Positions 1-14,019 of a DNA stretch of 64,000 nt are shown here, one piece after another (the stretch's first letter is position 1; each line of letters begins with the position of its first letter). Source of the stretch: Podospora anserina (lineage: Eukaryota); the NCBI GenBank assembly GCA_017654855.1, contig CM030334.1, forward strand, positions 3,720,001 through 3,784,000. The letters are read 5' to 3'. Position numbers and translations under genes: made by a program. The notes under the pieces were generated by a model. The model worked only from the letters and a program-made list of their open reading frames with translations, made no database searches and was not told the DNA's origin.

Positions 1-329
1 AACTTTTTTTCTAATTACTTTAAATAACCTATAAAATTTATAAAAAATATTTATTTAATAAAGCTACCTCTTTAAAAAACGAATTTACCGTTAACCCTAA
101 TATAGTTTTAATAGGTAACTTAAAGGGTAATAACTACAACTTTAAATCTCTATATAGCGTTAGCCCCCTTTTTTAAACGTTAAATAACTTTAAATATTTA
201 GTAAAATTTTAAATTATAAAGTTTAAATTATTATAGTAAATAAAATATTTATATTAAATTTAACGAAAAAAATATATATAGGTTTATACTTATTTATCGT
301 ATTTACTACTCCGGTTTATTTATACTACT

Positions 330-1756
330 CCGACTAAACGAAGATAGTAACTCTACGGGCTCTAGTAAATCGAGTCGAGGAAGCGAACTAAGAGGTAGCG
401 GGGAGTCTAACGGAGGTAAAGAGCCTAAACGTAGGGGGGAGAACTACTATAGTAGTATTTCTCCCGAATTATCTGCTCTAATCCTCCTACGCTTACCACT
501 AAATAATACCTACGATAACTCGTCTTCTAAAGCCTCTAAGTCCCTAAAATACTTCGTTATAACCGGCAATCCCCTCTCGTTATATATTAATTTAACTTTC
601 ACCGGTTTCTCCGGCTTATAACTAATAATTATATCGAACGTATCTTATAGCTTTAAGTAATCTCCTATTAACCATACGTCCCTCCACTCTTCGGGTTTTA
701 TTTAAAAGAACTTCCGTTCCTAGGGGTCTCTATATATATTATACAGAACAATTATATCCCAAACGTTATAGCGATAGAGATTTTCTTTAGTAACGAAAAT
801 AGGAAAAGATATAGGTAGTTCTTATATACTAATATTAACGGATATAAGGAAATTAATTAAACCCTTAAACTAAAAATTAAAAAGCTTTTAAATACGAGAA
901 GGTACTTTAACTCTTCCGGAATAAAGGTATATATTATTATACTAAAAAAATAATTAATTCTAAAGTATAATTAGAAACTACTATCTTAAACTAAGCCTAC
1001 CTCGTATATAGATTCGCCTTTATTAAATAAAACGATATTACTAAATATACAATCCTTTGCCCAGTATCCAGCTATATTAGTAAAGCCGTGGGTATAACGG
1101 TTATAATTAAAATAATTTATATAGTAAAAAAGCGTCGGGTAAAGTTTAATATTTTTTTCCTAACGCGGTTTAAAACTATCGTACTTTATTTACTAAGGCG
1201 GAAGGACCTAAAATATAGTAACGTCGATATCCTCCTAACTATATAGCTTAGGATAATATATAAATAGAGCCACCGCTATATTATAGATAGAAACGGCAGT
1301 TAGTTCCACCAATCGTATCTTAAATTTTCGAAACCCGATTTTTAAACTTTAATATACTTATATAATCTATCTAAAATATTAATCTTAATTACTATATAAA
1401 TCTCAAATCTTAATCGTAACAAAGTATATACTTTAAAAGAAAAAGAAAGAATAGCCGGGTCGAATCCGTTATATAATTACTTTATTTACTATAGAGTACT
1501 ATCGTAAAGGGTTTCGTACTCTAGTAATAGATAGCTTTTCCCAACAAAATACCCGCGGCTCTCGAAAACTAAGATTATTAATAGAAAACTATTAATAAGC
1601 TATACTATATTTAGCTCTACTAACTCTATTAAAAGGATAATTCGAATCGCTTTAACGAATATATAGTAGTATTTAGGATTAAGGACTTCGATAGAAACCT
1701 CGGAAAGCCTTTTCCTTAATAACGTTTCTTTATTTATTACTAACGATAACCGGTAT
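330..1756 (-). pseudogene. RIP relic of a conserved Sordariomycete hypothetical protein
   Basis: Minus-strand translation gives IRLVELTAVSIYNIAVALF and YTHGFTNIAGYWAKDCIFSNIVLFNKGES. This resembles the L(I/V)EL.AVA.H..A / YP.G.ADV.GYWAE..IFGGV..FDRGE motifs of a fungal hypothetical family, recalled from memory. Confidence 0.6.
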
Positions 1757-2699
1757 GGTAATAGCTATAGTTTTAATTTAATATTATTATTCGATAATTA
1801 ACGAAGGTAGGAAACTTTTTATATATATATAGAATCTTTCTAAATAGAAAATAAAAGTAAAGAAATTAAAAAGAATAAAAAGTAAAGTGCGAGGTAAGTA
1901 TAGCCCTATAAAACATTATTTATAATTAATCCCTATATAACCTTAACCATAAGCTAGCGGCTAACTAAATTATACCGTAACTTTAAAATATCGAGACATC
2001 GCTTCACTAGTATAATAACCGCCGGGCGCGCGGCAAAATATAGATTAAAATTATTATTATTTCGAGTAATACTAATATAATAGTCGCTTCGTATATTATT
2101 AATAATATACGTTAGGATTATATAGTAAAAGCTATAGTAAAATATTAATATCCTTTAATTATAACGATTAGTATATCGAGAGTTCCCGGTTTACTTTCCT
2201 TAAATAAAAGTAATTAATACTAAATATACCGGGTTACTAATTCTTTTAGCGCCTTCTAGCCGAATCGTCCTTCGTCGATAATTTTAAATTTAAATAAGTG
2301 TTTTGACCGGCCGGCCTTATAAAAGCTAACTCTTTTTATTATAGTTTACTATATTAACAGTAAAATATTAAATATTACGGGTAAGGTATATTATATATCT
2401 TTAACGTAAATTAAATATCTATAAGAAAGTAAGACTTACCTTTAACTAACTAAATAAATATCTAATTATATATATTATTTAAATATATTTTTATTATTAA
2501 TAACGAAAATACCTTTCCGCCTATAAACCCTTATTTAAATTAAGCCCTAAATATTTTTTATAAAACAACGGCATCCTTTAAGCTAAAACTTTTATTAATA
2601 TCGTAAGTAAACGACTTAATTACTATTAATAAACGAACGTTCTTATTTTAAAATAATAACGTTTCTACACTTAGTACTATAAATTAAAAGATAAGAATA

Positions 2700-3845
2700 T
2701 TTTAATTTATCGGCGCTACTCCCCGTACGTCCTTATAGGGATAAGCCTAGGACCTTAAAAACTTTTAAATCTTTTTAATACTAATACTTAAAGCCTTAAA
2801 GGAAAAGAGTTTTACGAAATTCCGTACTCTTAGACCGGAAAACTCCCTATTCCGCTATACAGCTTACTATTACCGGCCTAGCCCTTAATATACTTAAATA
2901 TCCCTAAAACATCCGTATACTTAAAATAATCGCTAACTACGTTATTAACGCTAGCCTATATATTCTCGAATTACGTAATATAAAGGAAACTAATATCGAG
3001 GCTATAGTTATAAAATATCTATAAACTATCCGTCGGAACTTCCCTAACCTCGTTATCTCGAACGACTATAATATAACTAATAAAAACGGCCGGACCATTA
3101 AACAGAATTACGTAAATACCTTTAACCTTAAATAAATATATATTATCGAAATTAATAAAACCCTAATAATTAGGATAGGCAACGTATATAAATATATTAT
3201 TATAAACCGCGATATAAAAAAGTATATAGCCCACTTCCGTACGCTCTATCTCCGACTTAGTATTACTATAGCTCACGAGTTGGTCTACGTCTTTACCCTC
3301 TTCCTTAAACGCGTAAAAAACGAGCATACCCCTCTACGTACTACCTACGTAAATAAGGGGGATAAGGAGACTGGCGAGGTAAGACGCTTCTAGGAAGGAT
3401 ACTTTTTCGGCGGGTAGGTCGATATAAAGTTTAACCGGGAAAAGTAGGAAACTATTATACTACGTTTAAATAAAAACTCTAAACGGTAAAGGATTAAGTT
3501 TAGAACTTAAGATAGTCTTTTAAACCGGGACTTTAGCCGCTAATTTAAAAGGGGTATAATAAGATTTATCGATCTCGACTATATTATTCCGGTAGTCGAG
3601 CTTAAATTTAAAGAGTAAAAGTAATAGTAGAACTACCGGAATCAGTTCTCTATAAAGGTAGATATTAAAATAAATAACCTAAAGTAACCGCGAGAATTAA
3701 TAGCGACCTAAGTAATTTAGCTTATATATTAAAATTCTAAAATAACGGTAGGTAAGTTCCCGAACTATACTTTATTTAACTAAGATATTCGTAATTTCGC
3801 TCTTAAACTAAAAACTAAAATTCGTAAAATAAAGGTTTGTAAGAA
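2700..3845 (+). pseudogene. RIP relic of an HExxH (zincin-like) hypothetical protein
   Basis: Near 3230-3425 the sequence reads HFRTLYLRLSITIAHELVYVFTLFL...HTP...GEVRRF*EGYFFGG*VD, which de-RIPs to AHELVH...GE.GRFWE..FGGWV. Confidence 0.55.
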
Positions 3846-4233
3846 ATAATAATTCTTAAATATTCCGGTATACCGTATTAAATAAGTTTAGTATATATAA
3901 ATATTTAGGGAGGGAAAAATAATAATAAATAACGGATAGATTATAATACTAATAGTCTTTATAAATACCTTAATTAATAGTCTCTAGATTTTTATTTTAG
4001 TTTTAGTTAATTAAAAAAATAAATTTATTAAGACTTTATATTGTATAAGTAAAATAATTAAGTCCTAACGTTATATAATAAAGTAAATAAAGACTAGTAA
4101 TAACTATTTTAATATATAAATATTTTTATAAGTCCGGTAAATTACGAGTCGTATAAATAGTTTAAATATTAATAATTATAACTTATATTATATACCGCGG
4201 AACTATCTATCTATATTAGCCAGTTCCTCCGTA

Positions 4234-4599
4234 TATTGGTTTGGGGTGCGGCCACAGGCCTGAGAGTATGAGTAAGGAAGCGGGGCTCTTAGAGGACTTA
4301 GGGGTTCAGGGGTCATGTATATAAGCGGTCTGCTTCGGACATTCTATTTTAGACAGGACATCGACTTTTATTCTTTTCTTCGTATTTTGTGCCTTGCACG
4401 CGTGCAGGCAATTCTGGCCCTCTGATCAGGCCAATCCGGTGCTTATTATGTGGCCTGCGAGCCCATAGTGTCTTTTCTTTGTCCTACGTGAAGTGCGGCC
4501 TGCGAGCGAGTCACTGTCACGCAGGTGTGTTCATTCTGAGACCTGTTGAGGGTATATTTGTGGTGTTGTGGTTGTTTTGTGTGTTTTCTCACCATTTCA
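4234..4599. mobile_element. Probable solo LTR (~365 bp)
   Basis: Sharply bounded island of normal base composition inside RIP DNA. It starts TATTGG (possibly a mutated TGTTGG), ends CCATTTCA and has a TATATAA box near 4317. The flanks gtata/atata could be a degenerate target-site duplication, but the left boundary is ambiguous by 2 nt. Confidence 0.6.
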
Positions 4600-5199
4600 A
4601 TATATAGACCTTAATCCTCTAAATACCTCCGTACTTAGCTCACCTCTACCAAATAGTAAGCGCCTTACCGTCTTACAGCCCCACCGTTTTATTTTAATTA
4701 ATTAATTACTATGGCTTACTATAGTCTTTACTTTACTTTACTATATAGTTGGTTTATAATATATAAACCTCGGCTACCCTCGGCCCTAATAAAGTTACTT
4801 TTAAGACGCATAGATCACTACTTTAAAACCTTTAATCACCGCGCATTAGCCAATACGCTTAGCCACATTAGAGGCTTATATTATTAAACCTTTTCTTTCT
4901 CGTTTCCTTTTCTTTTTTAAATTTAGTATACTCGTAAAGTAACATAGCTAGTTGCAAAACACTACTTTAAAACTATTACATATACTTTATTATTATTCTA
5001 CTTAAAAGCTTAAAAATATAAATTTAATATACCGAAATACCTTTATATTCTATAACCCGTTTTATTTTCGATTTTTATTTTATATTAACGTTTATATATT
5101 TCAGCTTTATTAAAAGACTAAGGGGTATAAATATAGAAAATAAAGAAAGAAATCTTCCTTAGTTTTAATAATATATCTTCTAAAATTAATATTAGATTT

Positions 5200-6350
5200 C
5201 CTTAAAAATAATAGTTTAGATATATAGTTCTAGCAACGTCTCTTACTAACGATATTTCTTATAGTAAAATATAAAGAGAGTTATATATATAATATATACT
5301 ACCGCCCGTCTTATAAGTATCGATCTTTATAACGTTCCTAATAGTAATATTAACTCCGCTAATACCTACTAATAACGGATAAACTAAAGTAACGTTAAGG
5401 AAAGTAAGGTCCATAATAATAAACGGCCCCGAAATATCACTTAGTTTTACCGGCAGGTTTAAGCTCTACTATAACCACTATAATTTATTTAAATTTACGT
5501 AATATAAGTAAAAAATTAAATTAATTAGCGAGGTATATAAATCACTTATTTAACCTAAAGGTTTAATTAATATAATAAACAATAAAAGTATTATATAAGA
5601 AGGAAAATACTAACTAAACGTTCCACCAACGCCGAAATACCTATTACCGTATATACTTAAAGCATTAAAGCTAAAGGACCCTTTAATAACGGCGTTAAAT
5701 TACTTAAAGTCGGGCTAATTTAGTATAAACTATATTTAGTTTATCTCTAAATATATCGACGTAAATAAAGGAGTAAAATCTCTCTTTAAATATTACGGAT
5801 TATATACTAAAAAGCTTTTAGGGCCCAAATAAATTAGGTTATTAATCCCCGTAAAGGGACTATCCACTACACAGCTTCCTCCGGTGCGCCCTAAAATAAG
5901 TAATATCTATAAAGTAAGGTTACTAGGAACCTATAAGCCGTTACCCCCGAACCCTATTACGGGGTCGAAGATAGGCGAGGCAGTAATATCGGCTACGTCG
6001 AGGGTCCAGTCTTAATATAGTTAAACGCCGGTATAACCGCACTCGTTACGGAGCATTTTCTCGTATATAGCTATAAAGAGTCTATATTAGGCGAGGAAGT
6101 GGCCGATATAGTGGACCTATATAGTTTATTAAATATAGGTATAAATTAGATTATTATAGCGGCTAATAATACCGTAACCGGTTAAAGGTAAATTCTCTAA
6201 AGTAAGGGTTAATTTAGCGAATATATATTTAACGGTATTAATATACTTTACTTTTTTAGAAGTAATAAAAGTATACTTTTAGGAATATTAATAAAAATAA
6301 AAAGAAAAGAAAAATATTTTAAATAAAAGTTATTATTCTTTATGGACGAT
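5200..6350 (-). pseudogene. RIP relic of a tyrosinase (di-copper centre protein)
   Basis: Minus strand 6165-5945 reads SRYNNLIYTYI**TI*VHYIGHFLA*YRLFIAIYEKMLRNECGYTGV*LY*DWTLD...SPIFDP. This corresponds to the tyrosinase CuA region (H...FLxWHR...ECGYxGxQPYWDW). Confidence 0.85.
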
Positions 6351-7499
6351 AGGTGTAGGAAGAGTAGATATATATACGGCTAAAGTAATAAAGGTATAAA
6401 TTATAAAGCTTTTAATACCGCTAACTATTTTAAATAAATATTAAAGTAAAAGATACTAATAAAAACGAAGAATAATAGGAAAGAAAGTTTCGAAAAGTAA
6501 CGCTTATAAACCTATTTATCTCTTAATATCTCTTATTACCTCCGGATATCCTTAAAGAGTTTTCCCGTCCTAAAACCTTACTTAATAGGCTTATTAATCT
6601 TACCGTTACTTTAATATTATTTATTTATATAATATTTTTTTTAATATTTTTATTAATACTTTATACTATAGTATAAATAACCTATAGTAATAACTCGGTT
6701 TACCTAATAATATACGTTACCGATATAGTATTAAATATAAAACTATTAATTAATTAGATAGCTTAAAGTTATTTCGAGTTTTTTTAATAAAAATATAATA
6801 GCTTACACTAACGGCTATAGATAATCGTTTTAGTAAGCGAATAGCTCGCTACTATAATATTCCTTAGATACCTATCTAAAGATATATAGGAGTGTAGTAG
6901 AGTATAATGTTTTAAGTGCGGGATTATAAAAGAGACTATAGGGGTCGGGATTTATATAGGTTTTAATACCCTTACTAGCCTTCTATATAAATTTCTAATA
7001 AAAGAGTTTTAAGTATTACTTTATTTCGGTTAAGTTAACGGATATCGATACTAACTATTACTTTAATATACTTACTTTATAGTAACTAAAATAAAAAATA
7101 AATATATTTATAGATAAGCGATATAAATTATTAAAATAATAAATATATATTAATTATAAAAAATAATATATAGTAAGGAAAAATCCTATAAAAACCCCAA
7201 TACCCGTACAAATAAGGTTAGTTAACGGAACTGCTTTTTATTTATCTTAAGACTAAAGTATATAGCTTAATTATTTAGGGGTTAAGAGGAAAGTATTTTC
7301 GCTTTTTTCATTATTATAATTGTAGATTATAAAACTTATTATAACGCTTAACGCTCTTTTCCACTAAAATCTTAATCTCTAAATTATTTTACTTCTAAAA
7401 TCCTACTATCTTCGCCAATTACTACTAGCTACCCGCCGCCGCTACCTAGCTTTTATTATCCTAATACTAAAACTTATTTATATATAAATACCTAAATAT

Positions 7500-8620
7500 T
7501 ATTATTATTCTTTTATATAATTAATATTTACCCTTTATTTATTACTATAGGTCTAGAATATAGTAGAAAAGTAATAATTTATATTAAATTCAGTAATTTA
7601 AAACCGCGTAATACTCTCGTACTATATATAAGTATAATATCGGTATTAAAAAAATAGATATATAATAGATATACCAGGATTACTTATAAGAGCCCTCGTC
7701 TCCTTAATCCTTACCTATATAGCGAAAGGAAATACTTTCTTCGATTCTTAAAGTTAGTAATAATAAACCGTATTCGCGATAAAAACCCGTCGATAGTTAA
7801 CTTAGCCGTTATTTTAAGCTCCTTATCGAGGTCCTAACCTATCTTTAGACCCTTATATCTCTAGCGTACGCTATTTAAAGTATTAACGTTAAGCTCTAAA
7901 TCCTGATCGAGTCTTTAAAGTCGTTAAAGAAATAAAATTAATTTATAATCGATAATACTAAGTATATCCTAGTTCTTAAAGATTCTAAAAAAGTATCGGG
8001 CAACCCGATCTTTATATTTTTAGCTATTAAAATCTATTCGGTTAATTATAAAAAAATATAAACTCGGGCGGCCGCTAAGTCTAACGAGAGCCCTACTACC
8101 CTAACACTTAAAGCTCTTCGGTATACCCGGATCGTAAGGCTAGGAAGTAATAATATTAAGGACCTAAAGCGTACTATAGAGACGTCTCTCAATCTTATTA
8201 ACTAAACCTCTTTAGTTCTAGGCGAATTAATTAAATATATAAAATACGTACCTAACGTACCCTTAAAATACCTTTTAAAATTTTTAATATTAACGAGCTT
8301 AGCGAAAAGCTCTAAATTAACTTAGTAAATATACTCTTGTAAAATTTTATTATTTTCTAAAGTTATCTACGTTATAATCCTACGTTTAATATTAAAAGAA
8401 TAATAAATAACTATTTATCGTTTAGCCTAATTATCAGTCCGACCGACCTATAAACGGTCTATATTTTATCTAATACCCTTAAAAATAAAAGAATAGTATA
8501 TAACGTTATTAAACCGATTTAAAAAGGAGTTTAACTATAAGGAAATACCGAGTATAAGTACGAATTGGGATAGAGATAAATTTATATATTAATAACTATA
8601 TCCATAATAAAAATTATAAA
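7500..8620 (+). pseudogene. Possible RIP relic of an unidentified coding sequence
   Basis: Coding-like stretch with residual CG-containing codons; no family recognised and the strand is tentative. Confidence 0.3.
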
Positions 8621-9209
8621 TAAAAGCGAAAAAGGAAGGGTTAATTTAATAAAAAGTAAATATACTTAGCTTAAAATAGTATATAAAGTTTTAAAATTTT
8701 ATATAAAAATCTTTTATAATAATAATATACTATTAGCGAGAATTCTTTAAATAAAAAATAGTAATATATATTCTCTATAATAATTTTAATAAAAATTAAA
8801 GAGTAGGCCTAAAAACTTCCTATATATATTTTAATAAAATAAAATAAATACTTTAAATTTAATAAAGTTTTTACTATTATATAATACTTCCTACTTTAAC
8901 TATAGGTAAAGGGAAAAGCTTATACCGTTTAAAACGCTACCCCGCGGACTAAAAACGCGGCCGCCACACCAAACATAAAATACCCCACTATTCCCCTACC
9001 TAATAACCTATTACCCGCCCCCGAAGTCTGCGCTATCTTTGCCCCGAAAAGCTAGGCCAATCCCAGATTTACCTCCGCAACCTTCGCCTCTTCTCTCTTA
9101 ACGGTTTTAATTAGCGTTATAATTATCGGGATAGTACTGTAACGTAAAAAATAATTAATTATTAGGCCCTTCGTAATTAATAAATAAATAAAATTAAAGT
9201 AACTTTAAA

Positions 9210-10360
9210 CCGCTATCTAGTATTAAAAATACTCCACCGGAATCTCGTCTAAAATAGTAGTTTCGTCGATAAGTTTATCGATTAGCTCGTTAATTATCTC
9301 GGCCTTAGGGTCGTCTTTATCGAGGGTAAAGGTCTCCTTCTCGAATTCTTTTAGCTTCTCTTTAAAGGTATCGCCGTAAAATAATTTACTATCGGAGGAA
9401 TCCCTATTAATAATATCTTCGATAATTTTTATAAAAATATCTTTATTTTCGTCCTCTTTATTAAAAGAATTACTAAGGATCTCCTCGATAGTATTAATTA
9501 ATTCTTCTTTAAGTTCGGAATTATTATTATTACTAACCTCCGTTAGGGCCTCTACTACGTTACTAATAAACTTATTTTTATTATTTTTAGTAATTTCCTT
9601 AATAATTTCCTTTAGAGCGTTAGTAATCTTAATATTAAATTTAAATTCTTCCTCTTTTATTTAATCTAATACCTCCTCGATAACTTCGTTAATAGTAATT
9701 TCCCGCTTACTAAACTTCTAGGGACGCTAACTCGTTTAACTACCGCCTAAATTTCTAGAGCTAAACTATTTATTCTTATCCGGTAAGTTAATACCCGTTT
9801 AATCCTCGACGAATACCGTTCCCTCTTTAATAGTAAAGTCTTTATTAGTATCTATAAATTAACCGCTAAAGTTATTACTATTATTCTTTCCTTTATTACT
9901 CTTCGACTTTACCCGTACTTCGATTACGCTTCGCTTTTTATTCCTCCTCGTAAAATTAATACTAAAACCGGATCGTAACCTATTAAGTAGCTTAATACTA
10001 GTTTTACCTTCGAAATAACTTAAACTAATATCTTACATAGCGTCGGTAGCCTAATCTTTAAAGTTATAACTACTCGATTTATCCTTAAAGTTTCCTTTAT
10101 TTTCGACGCTAAGTTCGACTTCGACGCCTAGCTCTTTATTATTTTTAAAAAGGTTAGTAAACCGGGTTAATAAACGAAGTTTGATATACTTATTTTCCTA
10201 TTAATAGGCGGTATTACGCTTTATATTTTCCGGTATTAAAATAGGAATAAACCTCCTATTAACTATATAACGGCGATTATTAATTGCGAGGTTAATAATA
10301 AAAACCGTAACGGTAAAGCCTAAAGTAGCGATAAAAGTAATTATATATTTTATTTTAATT
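9210..10360 (-). pseudogene. RIP relic of an acidic secreted protein
   Basis: Hydrophobic signal-like start (ITFIATLGFTVTVFII), several KR dibasic sites (KRN, KRSVIEVR, KREITINEVIEE) and an E/D-rich helical C-terminus. Confidence 0.45.
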
Positions 10361-11249
10361 ATATTTAATTATATATCGATTTACTAGAAATTAAATATAA
10401 AAGAATATAGTTTAAAAATAAGCTTTTTAAAAGCCCGGGAGAGAAAATAGAAAAGTAAAAGACTTACTTATAAGCCTATAAGTAAAAAGCAGATATTCGT
10501 AAAATAGATAAACGAATATTAAAAAAAGAAAAAAGTATTAAAGGACGAAAGTATATATTCTTTAAATTAATTAAACTATATATTCTTACTCGAACCTTAA
10601 CTATAAAACTTCGACGTTAGTTTAAATAACCTTTAAGGACATCCGGATAGACCTAAATAACCTCGAAAGACGGGTCGGCTATAGTAACCAAAATAAACCT
10701 AAATATCGGCGGGACTATCCGATCGATCTAAAAATTCTACGAGCAAAGTATTTAATAACCTACGTAAAGCTAAATAGGTTAAAAATTAAACCGTTTAAAG
10801 GCCCTTTAGACTAATAAACTTAAAAAGTATAAAAACTAAAAACTATCGAACTTAAAGTTTTAAATCGTTGCGGTAAATCTAAATAATACGTAACTATTTA
10901 TTCGGAATTATATTATTAAAGTAAGGTACTTAATAATAGTATTACGGTTTATAAATAACCGCGGGGACCCTCCCGGAGGAATCGGAACTAGGCTACGATA
11001 GTATTCTCCGAAAGTCGGATAATAGATCGAATATTCGGAAGAATATTATGTACGGGCTATATTTCGGATAGGAATATTTACTATTATTAATTTAACGTAT
11101 TTAAAATAAGATAGTATAATTATTAACTATCTCGTAACTTTACTTACCGGAATTTAAAATTAATAACTAATTAACGTTAAAACCCCTCCCTAAATATTAA
11201 TATTACCGCGCGACAAGCTAAATCCCTAACCTTACTAAATATCTTAATA

Positions 11250-12825
11250 AAAACGGTTTAAAGATTATCGGCTATACCTAATTAATATCTTTATTATAAT
11301 AATTTTTTAAATAAATAGTATTAACCTAACCGAAATTATTAATAATAAAACTACCCCCCTTATCCCCTACTATAACTATAATTATAATTACTATTACCGT
11401 ACTTTAACTCTCTTCCCTATCCCTTATAAAAATAAATCTAACCGTATAAACTTTTACCCTTTTTACTTTTTCCTCGTCCTTTAGCGTAGCTCGTCCCTTA
11501 TCTCTAACTTCGTTAACCTCCTCTTCCCCTTCGTTATCGCCGCCTTTATTTCCCGTATCTTCTTCTCCTACTCTTACCCACTATAGACCTTCGCTTTAAA
11601 CTATATAGATATAATCCCCTTTATTAACCTCCTTGGTTTTACCGGATAAAAGTTTGTAAAAAAGATATTTAAGGTTACCGGGATTTTAATTAAAATAATA
11701 TTCGGCTCGATCGTAAAAATTATTTTCTTTATAGTTTTAATTATTAATTATAATAAAAAAGAGGAAGGGGGGAATATAGTCCTTATTATTTAAATAACGA
11801 TTTTAGAAAATATTTTTACTAACCTACTTTTATACTTAAAAATTTACTTTTTTATCGGCAAAATAAAGCATATTAGTTAGAAGTTCTACGCGATTATATT
11901 AAAGGTTAAAAGTAGGTTATTATTTATAGTCGCGTTTAGGCTTTTAATCTTTAGCGCGTTTTACTTTACGCTTAAATCGGAGGTAAAGATAATGGAGATA
12001 GTAATTAGGGAGGAAGTAAAAGTTATTATACCTTTAAAGTATAGTAATAATTTTATATTAAGGAAATTAAAAAATAATATCCTTTAAATTAATAGGGCGA
12101 CGTTTATTATATTAATTTTAAACTTTTTTATATATATTTAGTACTACGTAAGTAATTAATATAATATTTTTAATAAAGTAATCGAGGCGGATAAGCATAG
12201 GGATACCGATCGGGAGGTAGATATAGAGAAACTAAAGTTTACTATTACCGAGGCGGTAATAGTTTTACTTTTATCGTTAGTGTATATTATAGTTTTATTA
12301 ATATTTTTAGTTAATAAAATTAAATATATAGTATATAGCGGAGTACCGGATTAATTTTTAAGTTTAATTTTATTACCGTTAATTAAAAAAGTAGCGGAGT
12401 ATTTAATTATAATCGACGAGGTTTAGGGTAAGTATAGTAATATATATCTATAGTATTTAGTACTAATAATAATAATAGATAGTATAATTAATATTACGCT
12501 ATATTACTACTTAAGACCCTCTATCTAGATAACGCTCTTTAATAGTTTACTAATGGTTATCGTTAAATAAACTTTAGGTAAGCCTATGGATCTTAATTTT
12601 AAGATATTTATAATCGGGTTACTTATTTTATCGATCCTAGTAATAAGCAACTTCTTACGAGATAGGGAGTTTAACTAGCTCGAGGGTACTCTTTTTGTGG
12701 TGAGTGGCTGTTACTAAGATGAATTTTAGCGAGTCTAACATGCATACCAGATCGTCTATGCTATCACAGTAATTGCCTGCTAGTACTATCCTAATCCCGA
12801 CATAGTATCATCCAATAGTCTATAA
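11250..12825 (+). pseudogene. RIP relic of a vacuolar Ca2+/H+ exchanger (VCX1/CAX family)
   Basis: Relic peptides SGVPD*FLSLILLPLIKKVAEYL..IDEV, GKPMDLNFKIF, NFLRDREFN*LEG and YYPNPD match CAX-family motifs (LILLPLVEKAAEH, PMDLNF, SNWLEG). GT-AG introns are still visible. Confidence 0.85.
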
Positions 12826-13089
12826 CAACTGGAACTAATTAACGGAACTGTCGTAAATACTATCGAGGGGTTGAGGCAAGCATTTGCCGGAGTGTAAGAA
12901 GAGTGCGAGGACAAGATTGGATAGACGCAACACCCACTTGCGCAAAGCTGAATTACGACTTGGGCGTTATATCTATCGTGTACATCTGACCCCTCTAACT
13001 CTACATGTTCTTCCCAGTCACGGGAAATGTATTGCCGCTTTTGGACTTGGGTGGGGTCTGTAGTTAGGAGCAGCACTGCCTCTTTTACC

Positions 13090-13485
13090 CTACCCCCCTG
13101 TCAATTTCAGCTTGGAAAAAATGTGTTTAGTATCGAAATGTCCAAATTAGCCAGCTTAGGTTCGAATACCTTCCTAGTTCCTTCGCATCAGCTGCCGCTC
13201 TCGCAGGCTTAGTTACTACAGTCAAATCATCATGGGAGCTGTCTCATATGATAAAGAAGAAATATAAGCAGCGTGTGCTGAAGGATCATGCCAATGAAAC
13301 TTACGCCAGGCTGCGCAGGGCTTTGCGACATGGCAGAATTTCTCAGCAAGGCTACAAATTGTGGAAGAAAAAAAGTCTTGATTGCCGTCTGGGAACAGGA
13401 CTGTATGTTAATACCCAGGATATGGGGTCCAAATCCTATCTACTTACCACAGTATATATGTGCCGCCCTCCTTAACATAAAGTCT
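13090..13485 (+). pseudogene. Truncated inverted paralog of the gene at 27604-28520
   Basis: YLPSSFASAAALAGLVTTVKSSWELSHMIKKKYKQRVLKDHANE, the following intron and an upstream gaaatgtccaaatta motif align to the reverse complement of about 28190-28700. Confidence 0.8.
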
Positions 13486-14019
13486 TACTTGTGCTGGGAT
13501 TAATTGGATGACCTAAAGCTTTGTTTTGGGTAAATGCAGAATAATATTAATTATCTACCTATATTAAATACAACTCATGCATCTAGCTCGATCTTTAAAA
13601 AGTAATTTACATGCCCCCCCGGTAAGAGAAGTTAACCGCAAGAAATTCCCGTTTTTTCGCTCGTACGTTACATGATGGGCACCGGTTATACCTCATTCTC
13701 TCCCAACCGCCAGGACAAGAACCACATAGCACATGAGCTTGAAGTGTTAGCAAAGTTCTGTGTCCGTTAAATATCCACCTCATCACGTACCACACCTCGA
13801 TGTAAAGATCTGATTTCCAACTGTGCATCCATCAAAGCAGACAGAGCAGTCCGTTCCATAAAGACGCAGTGGCATCAGTCTATATACTCTGCCCTGACGA
13901 CAAGTGTGGGGCAGAGAGTGGCATGCGTGACAAGTAAGACATCCGCAAGAAATATATACTATGATCTTGCCGATCTAGGTTCTGTTTTGTATGACAGCTG
14001 AACAGAAATAACATCCAGA

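Larger units (their letters stand above)
1..12800. other. Heavily RIP-mutated AT-rich block containing several gene relics
   Basis: Strong TpA excess, near absence of CpA/TpG and retained CpG. Almost no ORFs survive, and relic codons show CAG>TAG, TGG>TAG/TAA and ATG>ATA changes. Confidence 0.92.
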
